A DNA stretch of 64,000 nt from Candidatus Aminicenantes bacterium (lineage in GTDB: Bacteria > Acidobacteriota > Aminicenantia > Aminicenantales > Saccharicenantaceae). Made by a program: the position numbers and the translations under genes. The DNA lies in assembly GCA_034679465.1 (NCBI GenBank), contig JAXDAV010000010.1, positions 1,963 to 65,962 of the forward strand. Direction: 5' to 3'. The notes below the pieces were generated by a model that saw nothing but the letters and a program-made list of their open reading frames with translations, did not search any database and was not told the origin of the DNA. Position 1 is the stretch's first letter; each line of letters begins with the position of its first letter. This document shows positions 25,628 to 34,571 of the stretch, piece by piece.

Positions 25628-28600
25628 TTATGTTCGCTTCGCGCCGCCGAACCAGCTGTACAGCACCGGCAGGACCAGGAGCGTCAGGATGGTCGAGGAG
25701 ATCAGGCCGCCGACCACGACGATGGCGAGCGGCCGCTGGATCTCCGACCCGGGGCCCTGGGCGAAGAGCAGCGGCACGAGGCTGAGGACGGTGATGGTCG
25801 CCGTCATCAGCACGGGCCGCAGGCGGTTGAGACAGCCCCGGACGATCGCCTCGCCGCCCGGCATCCCCTCCTCCTGGAGCTGGCTGATGTACGAGAGGAG
25901 CACGATCCCGTTCAGGACCGCGATGCCGAAGAGAGCGATGAACCCGACGGACGCCGGCACGGACAGATAGAGCCCGGAGAGGTAGAGGGCCAGGACGCCG
26001 CCGATGAGGGCGAACGGCAGGTCGAGGAGGACCAGGAGCGACAGCCGCAGCGAGCCGAAGGTCAGGAAGAGCAGGAGCACGACGAGGCCGATCGTCGCCG
26101 GCAGGATGACCGCCAGCCGCTGCATGGCCCGCTGCTGGTTCTCGAACTGGCCGCCCCAGGTCAGGAAATAGCCCGGCGGCAGGCGAACCTCGCGGGCGAT
26201 CGCGGCCCGGGCCTCGGCGACGAAGCCGCCGAGGTCGCGGCCGCTGATATTGCACTCGACCCCGATCCGGCGCTGGCCGGCCTCGCGGCTGATCTGGCTC
26301 GGGCCCTCGATCATGGCGATCTCCGCGACCTGGCTGAGGGGCACCCGGGCCCCGCCCGGCGTCCGGACGAGGATGGCCCCGATCGCCTCGGCGGAATCCC
26401 GCCGCGCCTCCGGGTAGCGGATCTGCAGGTCGAAGTAGCGGTCGCCCTCGTAGAGCTGGGTCACCGTCTTGCCGCCGACCGCCGCTTCGACCACGGACTG
26501 GACGTCCTCGACGTTGAGGCCGAGGCGGGCGATCCGGGCCCGGTCGGGCCGGACCGTGATATAGGGCTGCCCGGCGACGCGCTCGACGTTGATGTCGGTC
26601 GCCCCCGGGATGTGCCCCAGCACGGCGGAGATCTCGTCGGCCCGGGACTTGAGCACGTCGAGGTCCTCGCCGAAGAGCTTGACGATGAGCTGGGCCCGCG
26701 TCCCGGCCACGAGCTCGTCGATGCGGCAGGCGATGGGCTGGCTGAACGAAAAGGCCATGCCCGGGAAATCCTCCAGGGCCTCCCGCATCAAGTCGGTCAG
26801 CTCCTCCCGGGAGCGGGCCGAGGTCCACTCCCGGCGCGGCTTGAGCATGCCGACATAGCCCGTCTTCTCGACGCCCCGGGCCTCCAGGGCGACCCCGGTC
26901 TGCCCCGTCTTGCCGATGATCGTCACGATCTCGGGGAACTGCATCAGGCGGGCCTCGACCTTGCGGCTCATGGCCAGGGATTCGGCGAGGGAGATGCCGG
27001 GCAGGAACTGGATGTCGGTGTCGAGCGCCCCCTCGTCCATGATGGGCATGAACTCGGTCCCGAGCCGCGGGATGAGGGCCGCCGTCCCGGCCAGCAGCAG
27101 CACGGCCGCCGCGACGACGATCGCCTTGCGCCGCAGGCCCCAGCGCAGGACCGGCAGATAGACCTTCTTCGCGCCCTCGATGAGGAGGCTCTTCTTGTCC
27201 GGCTGGGGCTTGAGGACGAAGTGGCAGAAGGCCGGGATGGCCCCGAGCGAGAGCAGGAGCGAGGCGAGCAGGGCGATGATGTGGGTGAAGGCCAGGGGCA
27301 GGAACATCTTGCCCTCGATCCCCTGCAGGGCGATGATCGGGATGAACGTCAGGGCGATGATGAGCTCGCCGAAGATCGAGGGCTTGCGGACCTCGAGGAC
27401 GGCCTTGAGGACGGTCGGCAACTTCCGGGCCCCGGCCCCGGCCTCGGAGAGATGGCGCTGGACGTTCTCCACCTGGATGATGGTCGCGTCGATGATCATG
27501 CCGATCGAGATGGCCAGCCCGCCGAGGGACATGAGATTGGCCGAGAGCCCGAACAGGCGCATCATGATGAAGGTGAACAGGGCCGAGAGAGGTAGGGCCA
27601 GGACGACGATGAAGGCCCCGCGGAAGCTGCGCAGGAAGAGGTACAGCACGAACACGACCAGCACGGAGCCGATGAGCAGGGCCTCGGTGACCGTGTGGAT
27701 GGCCCGGTTGATGATGTCCGACCGCCGGTAGTACGGCTCGATGCGCAGGCCGTGCGGCAGGACGCCCGAGGCGTTGATCTCCTCGACCCGGGCTTCGATC
27801 GCCCTCACGACCTCGCGGCCGTTGGCGCCGCGGAGCATCATGGCCACGCCCCCGACGACTTCGCCGGCGCCGTCCTTGACCGCGCCGCCCTGCCGGACGG
27901 CCGTCCCGGCCGTGACCTCGGCGACGTCCCGGACGAGGACGGGCGTCCCGCCCTGCGTCTTGAGGGCCACCGCGCCGATGTCCCCGACCGTCTGGAGGAG
28001 CCCGATGCCGCGCACGAGATACTGCTGTTCGCCTCGCTCGAGGACGTTCCCGCCGACGTTGAGGTTGTTCCGGCGCAAGGCCTCGCCGATGTCGCCCAGG
28101 GTCAGGTCGTAGGCCAGGAGCTTTTCCGGGTCCACGGTGACGTGGTACTGCTTGATGTATCCGCCGAACGAGTTGATCTCGTTGACGCCGGGGATGGACT
28201 TGAGCAGGGGCGACAGGATCCAGTCCTGGACGGTCCGCGCCTCGGTCAGGAACTCGGTCTCGTCCATCCCGGCGGGCGGCGCCCCGGCGAGGGTGTACTG
28301 GTAGATCTCGCCCATGGCCGTCGAGACGGGCCCCATGGCGATCTCCGTGCCTTCGGGGACCCGCTCCCGGGCCTCGTAGAGGCGCTCGAGGACGACCTGG
28401 CGGGCGAAATAGATGTCGACGCCGTCCTCGAAGACGACGGTGACGACCGACAGCCCCGACTTGGAGACGGACCGGACCTGTTCGAGCCGGGGCAGGCCGC
28501 GCATGGCCGTCTCGACCGGGAAGGTGACGAACCGCTCGACCTCGGGCGGCGACAGCCCGGGCGAGGTCGACAGGACCTCGACCTGGACGTTGGTCACGTC

Positions 28601-28726
28601 GGGGAACGCGTCGATGGGGATCCGCAGAAGGGACCACACGCCGAGGGCGATGAGGAGGGCCACCCCGATGAGGACGAGGGCCCGCTTCCGCAGGGCCGAT
28701 CCGATGAGGGCGTCAATGATGCCCAT
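25628..28726 (-). CDS. CusA/CzcA-family heavy-metal efflux RND permease
   Basis: ATG 28726 (MGIIDALIGSALRKRALVLIGV..). About 1030 aa. IPIDAFPDVTNVQVEVLS and a typical RND 12-TM layout. It overlaps the adaptor gene by 14 nt. Confidence 0.9.
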   Translation of the reverse strand: MGIIDALIGSALRKRALVLIGVALLIALGVWSLLRIPIDAFPDVTNVQVEVLSTSPGLSPPEVERFVTFPVETAMRGLPRLEQVRSVSKSGLSVVTVVFEDGVDIYFARQVVLERLYEARERVPEGTEIAMGPVSTAMGEIYQYTLAGAPPAGMDETEFLTEARTVQDWILSPLLKSIPGVNEINSFGGYIKQYHVTVDPEKLLAYDLTLGDIGEALRRNNLNVGGNVLERGEQQYLVRGIGLLQTVGDIGAVALKTQGGTPVLVRDVAEVTAGTAVRQGGAVKDGAGEVVGGVAMMLRGANGREVVRAIEARVEEINASGVLPHGLRIEPYYRRSDIINRAIHTVTEALLIGSVLVVFVLYLFLRSFRGAFIVVLALPLSALFTFIMMRLFGLSANLMSLGGLAISIGMIIDATIIQVENVQRHLSEAGAGARKLPTVLKAVLEVRKPSIFGELIIALTFIPIIALQGIEGKMFLPLAFTHIIALLASLLLSLGAIPAFCHFVLKPQPDKKSLLIEGAKKVYLPVLRWGLRRKAIVVAAAVLLLAGTAALIPRLGTEFMPIMDEGALDTDIQFLPGISLAESLAMSRKVEARLMQFPEIVTIIGKTGQTGVALEARGVEKTGYVGMLKPRREWTSARSREELTDLMREALEDFPGMAFSFSQPIACRIDELVAGTRAQLIVKLFGEDLDVLKSRADEISAVLGHIPGATDINVERVAGQPYITVRPDRARIARLGLNVEDVQSVVEAAVGGKTVTQLYEGDRYFDLQIRYPEARRDSAEAIGAILVRTPGGARVPLSQVAEIAMIEGPSQISREAGQRRIGVECNISGRDLGGFVAEARAAIAREVRLPPGYFLTWGGQFENQQRAMQRLAVILPATIGLVVLLLFLTFGSLRLSLLVLLDLPFALIGGVLALYLSGLYLSVPASVGFIALFGIAVLNGIVLLSYISQLQEEGMPGGEAIVRGCLNRLRPVLMTATITVLSLVPLLFAQGPGSEIQRPLAIVVVGGLISSTILTLLVLPVLYSWFGGAKRT

Positions 28727-29900
28727 GCTCGTCCTCCAGGCTGCCCTTGCGGAACTCCGAGCGGAGAAGGAAGCTGCCCGACGTGACGACGGTCTCCCCC
28801 GCCGCAAGGCCGTCGAGGATCTCGACCGTCCCGCCGAGCTTCTCGCCGGTCCGGACCTCGCGCCGGACGAAGGTCCTCTCCCCCGTCTTGACGAAGACGA
28901 CGGTGTGGCCCTCGTCGCTCTGGACGGACGCCTCGGGGACGACCAGGGCCGGGCGCTCGCCGCTCGCGGCGAGCGAGGCCTGGACGTACATCCCGACCTT
29001 CAGCGTCCCTCCGGGATTGGCGATCTCGACCCGGCCTTCGACCGTCCGCGTCGCGGGGTCGAGGGCGTCGCCGATCAGGACCAGCCGGCCCCGGGATTCC
29101 CGGCCCGGATGGGCCACCGGGCTCAACACGACCTCCGCCCCCGCTTCAAGCGCGCCGATATCCTTCTCCTGGATGTGGAGGCAGGCCCAGAGCGTCGACG
29201 GGTCGGCCAGCCGGAACAGGCTCGTGCCGAGCTCGACCGCGTCGCCGCTGACGACGCCGCTCTCGAGCACGGTCCCGCCGATCGGCGCGTGAACGGCGAG
29301 CAGCGGCCGGGGTTCGGCCCCGCCCTCGAGACGCCCGATCTCCGGCGCGGGCACTCCCAGCAGCGCCAGCCGCTCGCGGGCGCCGGCCAGGATGGCCCGG
29401 GCCGGGGCTTCCTCGGCCTCGTCGCCGGCGTGCCTCTCAACCCGGGCCGCGGCCTGCCTGTATTCAGCCTGCAGGGTCAGGAAATCGGGGCTGTAGATCT
29501 CGGCCAGGAGCTGGCCGGCGCGGACGCGATCGCCGCGGACCGCAAGCACGCGCTCGAGCCGGCCCGGCGTGCGGGCCGTGAGATGGACGACCCGGCGGGC
29601 GTTCCACTCGAGCTCGCCGGTGGCCGTGACGCGCCGGGCCACGGTGCGCACGGCCGCGATCTCGATCCGGATGTCGGCGGCGGCGACGGCCGCGGCCGAC
29701 AGCGTCACGGACGCGGGGGCCCCGGCTTCGTGGGCCGCGTGCTCTTCCGGGGTTTCGCCCTCGTGCGAATGGACCGCGACGCCGGCCGCGGGGGCGCCCT
29801 TGCCGCGGCAGGCGGCCGTGAGGATGAGGAGGGGGATGAGGGCCGGGATCACGGCCCAGACGATGCCTCGGGACAGCTTGTTCATGGGGTTCTCCGTCAT
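28713..29900 (-). CDS. efflux RND periplasmic adaptor subunit (CzcB/CusB-like)
   Basis: 395 aa. Lipoprotein-like N-terminus (LILTAAC). Barrel-sandwich/HlyD-like sequence. ATG 29900 overlaps the TolC-like stop (ATGA). Confidence 0.85.
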   Translation of the reverse strand: MTENPMNKLSRGIVWAVIPALIPLLILTAACRGKGAPAAGVAVHSHEGETPEEHAAHEAGAPASVTLSAAAVAAADIRIEIAAVRTVARRVTATGELEWNARRVVHLTARTPGRLERVLAVRGDRVRAGQLLAEIYSPDFLTLQAEYRQAAARVERHAGDEAEEAPARAILAGARERLALLGVPAPEIGRLEGGAEPRPLLAVHAPIGGTVLESGVVSGDAVELGTSLFRLADPSTLWACLHIQEKDIGALEAGAEVVLSPVAHPGRESRGRLVLIGDALDPATRTVEGRVEIANPGGTLKVGMYVQASLAASGERPALVVPEASVQSDEGHTVVFVKTGERTFVRREVRTGEKLGGTVEILDGLAAGETVVTSGSFLLRSEFRKGSLEDEHGHH

Positions 29901-31141
29901 TCCGCGGATTCGCCGGCGACCTCGAGGTCGGCCAGGGCGAGATTGTAGAGGAACAGGGCGCGCAGGTGCTCGACCTGGGCCAGCACGTAGGTCCGGTGGA
30001 GGTCGAGCAGGCTGAACGCTTCGGTCCGGCCGTAACGGAAATACTCGAGCTGGATGCCGAGCTCGTCCTCGAGCTCCCGAAGCAGGCTCTTTTCATAGAC
30101 CAGGACCTGCTCCTCGGCCGACTTCGCCGCGACATAGGCGCTCTCGACCGCCGTCCGGACGCGCCGTTCCAGAGCGCTCGCGACGATGCGGCCGGCCTCC
30201 GCTTCGGCCGAGGCTTCCATGACCTCTCCCCTGGCCCGGCCGGGCCTGAGGAACGGCATGGTCAGCCCGAACGAGACGCCCCAGCCGTTCAGCCGGACGC
30301 TCGGGAGCAGGAGCCCGGCCAGGAAGTCGGGCTTGCGGCTGAGGCCGGCCAGCTTCACGGCGGCGTCGGCCCTCTCGATGCCGAGCGCGGCCAGCCTGAA
30401 CGACGGCAGGGTCGAGCGGGCCCGTTCGACCAGCGCCGCCGGATCGAGCCGGAGCGGCAGGAACGGCAGGGGCGTCGCGAGCGCGGCGGTCTCGCCGGGC
30501 TCGCGTCCCAGGAGCTCGTCGAGCGCGAGGCCGGCCGTCCGCTCCTCCTTGGCTTGCTCGAGGATCTGGTTCCTCAGACGGGCCTGCTCGGCCCGGGCCC
30601 GCAGCACGTCGGCGTAAGCGGCCGCGCCGGTCCGATACTTCGAGCGGAGGTCTTCGAGCAGGCTGTCGAGGCGCGCGGCCGACCGCTCGAGCGCCTGAGA
30701 GGCCCCGCGGGCGAAGGCCGCAGTCCAGTAGGCTCTCTTCACCCGGGCCGTGAGGAGGAGCCTGACGCGGTCGAGCTCCGCGGCGGCCATGTCCTCCCCG
30801 GTCCGGCCTATTTCGCCGCGCAGGGAGCGCTTGCCCGGGTATTCGAAGGCCTGCTCGATGCCGAGGTGGACCTCGGCCTGGTCCCCCTCCTTCCTGAGCC
30901 CGGGCAGGGGCAGGCCCTCGAGGCTGGCCTGGGCCTGGGGCTCGGGGCGGGACTTGAGCTGGAGCGTCCGGCCGCGGGCGGCCTCGACGCGCGCTTCGGC
31001 GGCCAGGACCTCGGGATTCCGGGCCAGGGCGGTTTCCACGGCCTTCTCGAGCGTCAGACCGCTTTCCTGGGCCGAAAAGGCCGGCATCATGATGGCGAGC
31101 GCCGCGGCCACGGCGAGAGCGAACGGTCTTTTGACCGGCAT
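29897..31141 (-). CDS. TolC-family outer-membrane efflux protein (CzcC-like)
   Basis: ATG 31141 is preceded by AAGGAGG. Signal peptide MPVKRPFALAVAAALAIMMPAFSAQ. Two-repeat helical OEP pattern. Confidence 0.85.
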   Translation of the reverse strand: MPVKRPFALAVAAALAIMMPAFSAQESGLTLEKAVETALARNPEVLAAEARVEAARGRTLQLKSRPEPQAQASLEGLPLPGLRKEGDQAEVHLGIEQAFEYPGKRSLRGEIGRTGEDMAAAELDRVRLLLTARVKRAYWTAAFARGASQALERSAARLDSLLEDLRSKYRTGAAAYADVLRARAEQARLRNQILEQAKEERTAGLALDELLGREPGETAALATPLPFLPLRLDPAALVERARSTLPSFRLAALGIERADAAVKLAGLSRKPDFLAGLLLPSVRLNGWGVSFGLTMPFLRPGRARGEVMEASAEAEAGRIVASALERRVRTAVESAYVAAKSAEEQVLVYEKSLLRELEDELGIQLEYFRYGRTEAFSLLDLHRTYVLAQVEHLRALFLYNLALADLEVAGESAE

Positions 31142-31187
31142 GGCAATCCTCCTTGTCAGAGCGTCGGGGCGGAAACCGGGACGAGGC

Positions 31188-31493
31188 TCAGACGAGGGAG
31201 GACTTGGGAGGGGGCGTGAGGTCCTCGACAATCAGGGCGAGGAGCCGACCCTCGGGGGATCGTTCGACGAGGTCCATCGCGTCCGCGGCCGCCGGAAGGT
31301 CGTCGGCCCCGGGGTCGGCGAAGACAGCCAGGAAGCAGAGGCAGACGGAATCGCCGCCCGGATGGGGCTGGACATGGCCGAACTCCCCGCCCCGGGTGGG
31401 GCAATGGACGGGGCAATGCTCCTCGGCGTAATAAAAATGGAACAGGCAGGACGCGAAAAGGACGATGAAGGCGAGGACCGCGATCCTTTTCAT
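31188..31493 (-). CDS. hypothetical small Cys/His-rich membrane-anchored protein upstream of czcCBA-like genes
   Basis: ATG 31493 gives MKRIAVLAFIVLFASCLFHFYY (TM/signal), then EEHCPVHCPTRGGEFGHVQPHPGGDSVCLC. No Shine-Dalgarno sequence is seen. Coding status is uncertain. Confidence 0.35.
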   Translation of the reverse strand: MKRIAVLAFIVLFASCLFHFYYAEEHCPVHCPTRGGEFGHVQPHPGGDSVCLCFLAVFADPGADDLPAAADAMDLVERSPEGRLLALIVEDLTPPPKSSLV

Positions 31494-31532
31494 GCTCGAG
31501 GCAATTATGCCACGGGCCCCCTCCGGCGTCAA

Positions 31533-31554
31533 CATCGCATTCGCATCGCATTCG
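31533..31554. repeat. perfect tandem duplication, 2 x 11 bp (CATCGCATTCG)
   Basis: 31533-31543 equals 31544-31554. It lies in the divergent intergenic region between 31493(-) and 31652(+). Confidence 0.8.
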
Positions 31555-31563
31555 GGCGCACGC

Positions 31564-31586
31564 GCCGTCTGAGCCGTCTGAGCCGC
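31564..31586. repeat. tandem 9-bp repeat GCCGTCTGA, 2.5 copies
   Basis: GCCGTCTGA GCCGTCTGA GCCGC lies immediately upstream of the putative -35 position of the 31652 gene. The related GCCGTCTGGG occurs twice at 58543-58569. Confidence 0.75.
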
Positions 31587-31615
31587 TTTCCTCCCCCGCC
31601 GGCTTTTGTTAGAAT
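31587..31615 (+). promoter_or_regulatory. extended -10 promoter of the SDR/PAP2/CPBP operon
   Basis: TGTTAGAAT (31607-31615), with a weak -35 TTTCCT at 31587-31592. The same TGTTAGAAT box precedes tRNA-Gly. Confidence 0.35.
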
Positions 31616-31651
31616 CGGGGGGCCCCGAACCTGGCTGTTGGGAGCCGGATT

Positions 31652-32659
31652 ATGAAAGCACTGGTCACGGGCGCCAGCGGGTTCATCGGGCGGCGGTTGG
31701 CCGCGACCCTCGCCCGCCGCGGCCACGATGTCGCCGGCCTCATCCGCCGGACGAGCGACACCCGATCTTTGGACGGGACGTCCGTCCGGCTCGTCTTCGG
31801 GGACCTCGATGATCCGTCTTCCCTCGCCGCCGCCCTGGCGGACCGCGATCACGTCTTCCATCTGGCCGGGCTCGTCCAGACGGCCCGCGAGGGGGCCTTC
31901 GAAGCGGCCAACAGGGAAGGGACGCGGCGCCTCGTCGAGGCCTGCCTCCGCGCGGCGCCGAAGCTCGAGCGCTTCGTCCTCGTCTCCAGCATCGCCGCCG
32001 CCGGGCCGAGCGGGCCGGACAGACCGGGGACCGAGGCCGACGACCCCCGCCCCGTTTCGGCTTACGGCCGCAGCAAGCTGGCCGCCGAACGCGTCGTCCT
32101 GGAGGCCGCGGGCCGCCTGCCGGTGACGGTCCTCCGGCCGCCGAACGTCCTCGGGCCGGGCTCGAAGGAGCTGGAGCGGGCGATCGCCCTCCTGAAATGG
32201 CGGATCGTCCCGGCGATCGGCGACGACAGGCCGCGGACCAGCCTCGTCGACGTCGACGATCTGGTCGAAGCCCTGATCCTGGCCGCGACGGACGTCCGCG
32301 GCGTCGGCGAGGTCTATTACGTGACGGACGGGCATTCCTATGCCTGGCCCGAGATCACGGCGGCGCTGGCCGGCGAGCTGGACCTGGGGCGGCCCCGGAT
32401 CCGGGTCCCGTTCGGCGCCCAGATCCTGGCAGCCGGGTTGTCCGAAGCGGCGGCGCGCCTCGCCGGGCGGCCGCCTGTGCTGACCCGCGCGATCGTCCGG
32501 GCCGGCCGGGGCCTGTTCTGGCTCTACGACGGCTCGAAGATCCGCCGCGAGCTGGGGTTCCGGCCGCGGTCGACGATGCGCGACTCGGTCCGCCGCGCGG
32601 TCGCGGCGGCCGGGCGGACGAAAGGCCGCGGGCGCGCGGGCGAGGAGCCGGCTCCGTGA
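31652..32659 (+). CDS. NAD-dependent epimerase/dehydratase (extended SDR), paralog 1
   Basis: 335 aa. MKALVTGASGFIGRRL Rossmann motif. SAYGRSK (YxxxK). Confidence 0.85.
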   Translation: MKALVTGASGFIGRRLAATLARRGHDVAGLIRRTSDTRSLDGTSVRLVFGDLDDPSSLAAALADRDHVFHLAGLVQTAREGAFEAANREGTRRLVEACLRAAPKLERFVLVSSIAAAGPSGPDRPGTEADDPRPVSAYGRSKLAAERVVLEAAGRLPVTVLRPPNVLGPGSKELERAIALLKWRIVPAIGDDRPRTSLVDVDDLVEALILAATDVRGVGEVYYVTDGHSYAWPEITAALAGELDLGRPRIRVPFGAQILAAGLSEAAARLAGRPPVLTRAIVRAGRGLFWLYDGSKIRRELGFRPRSTMRDSVRRAVAAAGRTKGRGRAGEEPAP

Positions 32660-33573
32660 CGGCGCCAAGGCGGGTCCGCCGGCTCGGTCTCGATCTCGGG
32701 CTGACCGACGCGGTCACCCTGGGCGGGCTTCTCTTCTTCACGGTCATCGCGGCCGTCTTCCACGGACGCCTCGCCCGGCCCGCCGCGGTCATCGGCGTCA
32801 ACCTCCTCTTCGTCCTGGCCTATGTCGCCTCCCTGGCCGTCAGGCCGCGCCTGAGCGGGCCCTGGCCCCGCTTCATCGTTCGGACGGCGACGGTCCAGCT
32901 GACGTTCCTCCAGGTTTACAAGGCCGCCAACGATCTCCAGCTCGCCTTTTTTCCCTGGCAGGACGACCGGGTCCTGGCCTGGGAGCAGGCGATCTTCGGC
33001 GTCCAGCCGCTCGTCGCCATCCAGAAATACTACACGCCCGCGCTCAACGAGTGGATGTTCTTCGTCTACGTCTTCTACGTCGCCATCTATCCGGCGCTCG
33101 GCGCGGTCATCTTCTTCAAGCACGGCGAAGCGGCCAACGAGGACTACCTGTTCCGGCTGGGCCTGGTGAATTTCGTCTGCGGCCTGGGCTTCCTGCTCTT
33201 CCCGGTGGCCAGCCCGATGTATTGGGAGAAGATCCGCCCGCTGCTGACCGAACCCCTGCCGGCCCGGTTCTTCGGCGCGGCGGCCGAGTGGATCCGGGCC
33301 CACATCCACCAGCCGGGCGGCTCAATCCCCAGCCCGCACTGCGCGGTGGCCACGGTCATGTGGTTCATGTCCCGGAAATACACGCGCCACGGCTTTCTCT
33401 GGCTCGCCCCGATCATCCTGTCCCTCTACGTCTCGACGGTTTACGGCCGCTTCCACTATGCCTCCGACATGATCATCGGCATCGCGGCCGGCGCCCTGGT
33501 CGTCCTCATCGCCCCGGCCATCGGACGGGCCTGGGACGGGCGGTCGAGCGCCGGCGGGAGGGAGCTGACGTGA
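32656..33573 (+). CDS. polytopic PAP2_C/sphingomyelin-synthase-like lipid phosphotransferase family protein
   Basis: GTG 32656 overlaps the upstream stop (GTGA). Multiple TM helices. GGSIPSPHCAV and GRFHYASDMIIG resemble the S-x-H and H-Y-x-x-D motifs of PAP2_C enzymes; the KxxxxxxRP motif is not seen. Confidence 0.55.
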   Translation: MTAPRRVRRLGLDLGLTDAVTLGGLLFFTVIAAVFHGRLARPAAVIGVNLLFVLAYVASLAVRPRLSGPWPRFIVRTATVQLTFLQVYKAANDLQLAFFPWQDDRVLAWEQAIFGVQPLVAIQKYYTPALNEWMFFVYVFYVAIYPALGAVIFFKHGEAANEDYLFRLGLVNFVCGLGFLLFPVASPMYWEKIRPLLTEPLPARFFGAAAEWIRAHIHQPGGSIPSPHCAVATVMWFMSRKYTRHGFLWLAPIILSLYVSTVYGRFHYASDMIIGIAAGALVVLIAPAIGRAWDGRSSAGGRELT

Positions 33574-34571
33574 GCCGCGTCCTGATCACGGGGGCCAACG
33601 GGTTCATCGGCTCCAATCTCTGCCGCTGGCTCCTCGGCCGGGGCTGGGAGGTCGACGCCCTCGTCCGCGAGTCGTCCGATCTGCATTTCCTCGAAGGGCT
33701 CGGCCTGCGCCTCATCCGGGGCGACCTCCGCTTCTCCGAGCGGATCGATCTGCCGGCCGGGACGACCCATATCGTCCACGCGGCCTCGCTCGTGTCCGAC
33801 ATCGCGGGCGACGACGAGTGCAGCCGGAACATCTTCGACATGAGCCGGAGCCTGGTGGCCAGGATCCGGGCCGCCGGCCTGCCCCTCCGGCGGTTCGTTT
33901 ACATCTCGACGGCCCTGACGCTCGGTTACGGCCGGCTCGACATCTCCGAGGAGCGTCGCGGCCGGCCGGCGGCGTTCCTCCCCTATGTCCGGCACAAGAT
34001 CCGGACGGAGAACGAACTCCGCGACCAGCACCAGCGCCGCGGCTTCCCCGCCGTCATCCTCCGCCCCGGCGACGTCTTCGGGCCGAACGATCGTGTCACC
34101 TGCGCCCGGCTCCTGCCGAGCTGCGAAGGCGGCCTGCCTCTGGTCGTCGGCACGGGCCGGTGGCGCTTCGGCTACTGCTATGTGGAGAACCTCTGCCGGG
34201 CCGCGGAGCTGGCCCTGGCCACCCCCGGAATCGAGGGCCGGGCCTACACGGTGACCAACGGCGTCCTGCCCACCTGGAGGGAGTTCTTCCGGGCCATGCA
34301 GAAAGGCCTGGGGAGGCGGCAGAAGGTCTATGTCCCCGTTTCCCTCGTCAAGGCCGCGGCCCGCATCTCCCGGGCCGCCGAGGGGATCTGGCCCCGCTAC
34401 GAGGGCCGGATCAACCCCTACCGGATCCGGCGGATCACCACGGAGACGACCTACGATATCTCGAAGACGGTCGCCGAGCTGGGCTACGCGCCCGACGACG
34501 ATCTCGAAAGGCAGTTCGCCGCGATCCTGGCCTGGTACAAGAAGGAGAAAGCCTGTGGCTGGCTGGCTTGA
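33570..34571 (+). CDS. NAD-dependent epimerase/dehydratase (extended SDR), paralog 2
   Basis: GTG 33570 overlaps the upstream stop (GTGA). VLITGANGFIGSNL. LPYVRHK (YxxxK). Confidence 0.8.
   Translation: MSRVLITGANGFIGSNLCRWLLGRGWEVDALVRESSDLHFLEGLGLRLIRGDLRFSERIDLPAGTTHIVHAASLVSDIAGDDECSRNIFDMSRSLVARIRAAGLPLRRFVYISTALTLGYGRLDISEERRGRPAAFLPYVRHKIRTENELRDQHQRRGFPAVILRPGDVFGPNDRVTCARLLPSCEGGLPLVVGTGRWRFGYCYVENLCRAAELALATPGIEGRAYTVTNGVLPTWREFFRAMQKGLGRRQKVYVPVSLVKAAARISRAAEGIWPRYEGRINPYRIRRITTETTYDISKTVAELGYAPDDDLERQFAAILAWYKKEKACGWLA

Noticed and set aside
25467-28637. 1056-aa minus-strand ORF and 675-aa plus-strand ORF (25568..27595) over the RND pump
   Set aside because: They are alternative frames of the czcA-like gene. 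Only the 25628..28726 frame gives RND motifs and TM helices.
31142-31231. N-terminal 30 codons of the TolC-like ORF
   Set aside because: The ATG at 31141 has a perfect AAGGAGG and starts a signal peptide. The extension is Pro/Ser/Arg-rich and overlaps the small upstream ORF.
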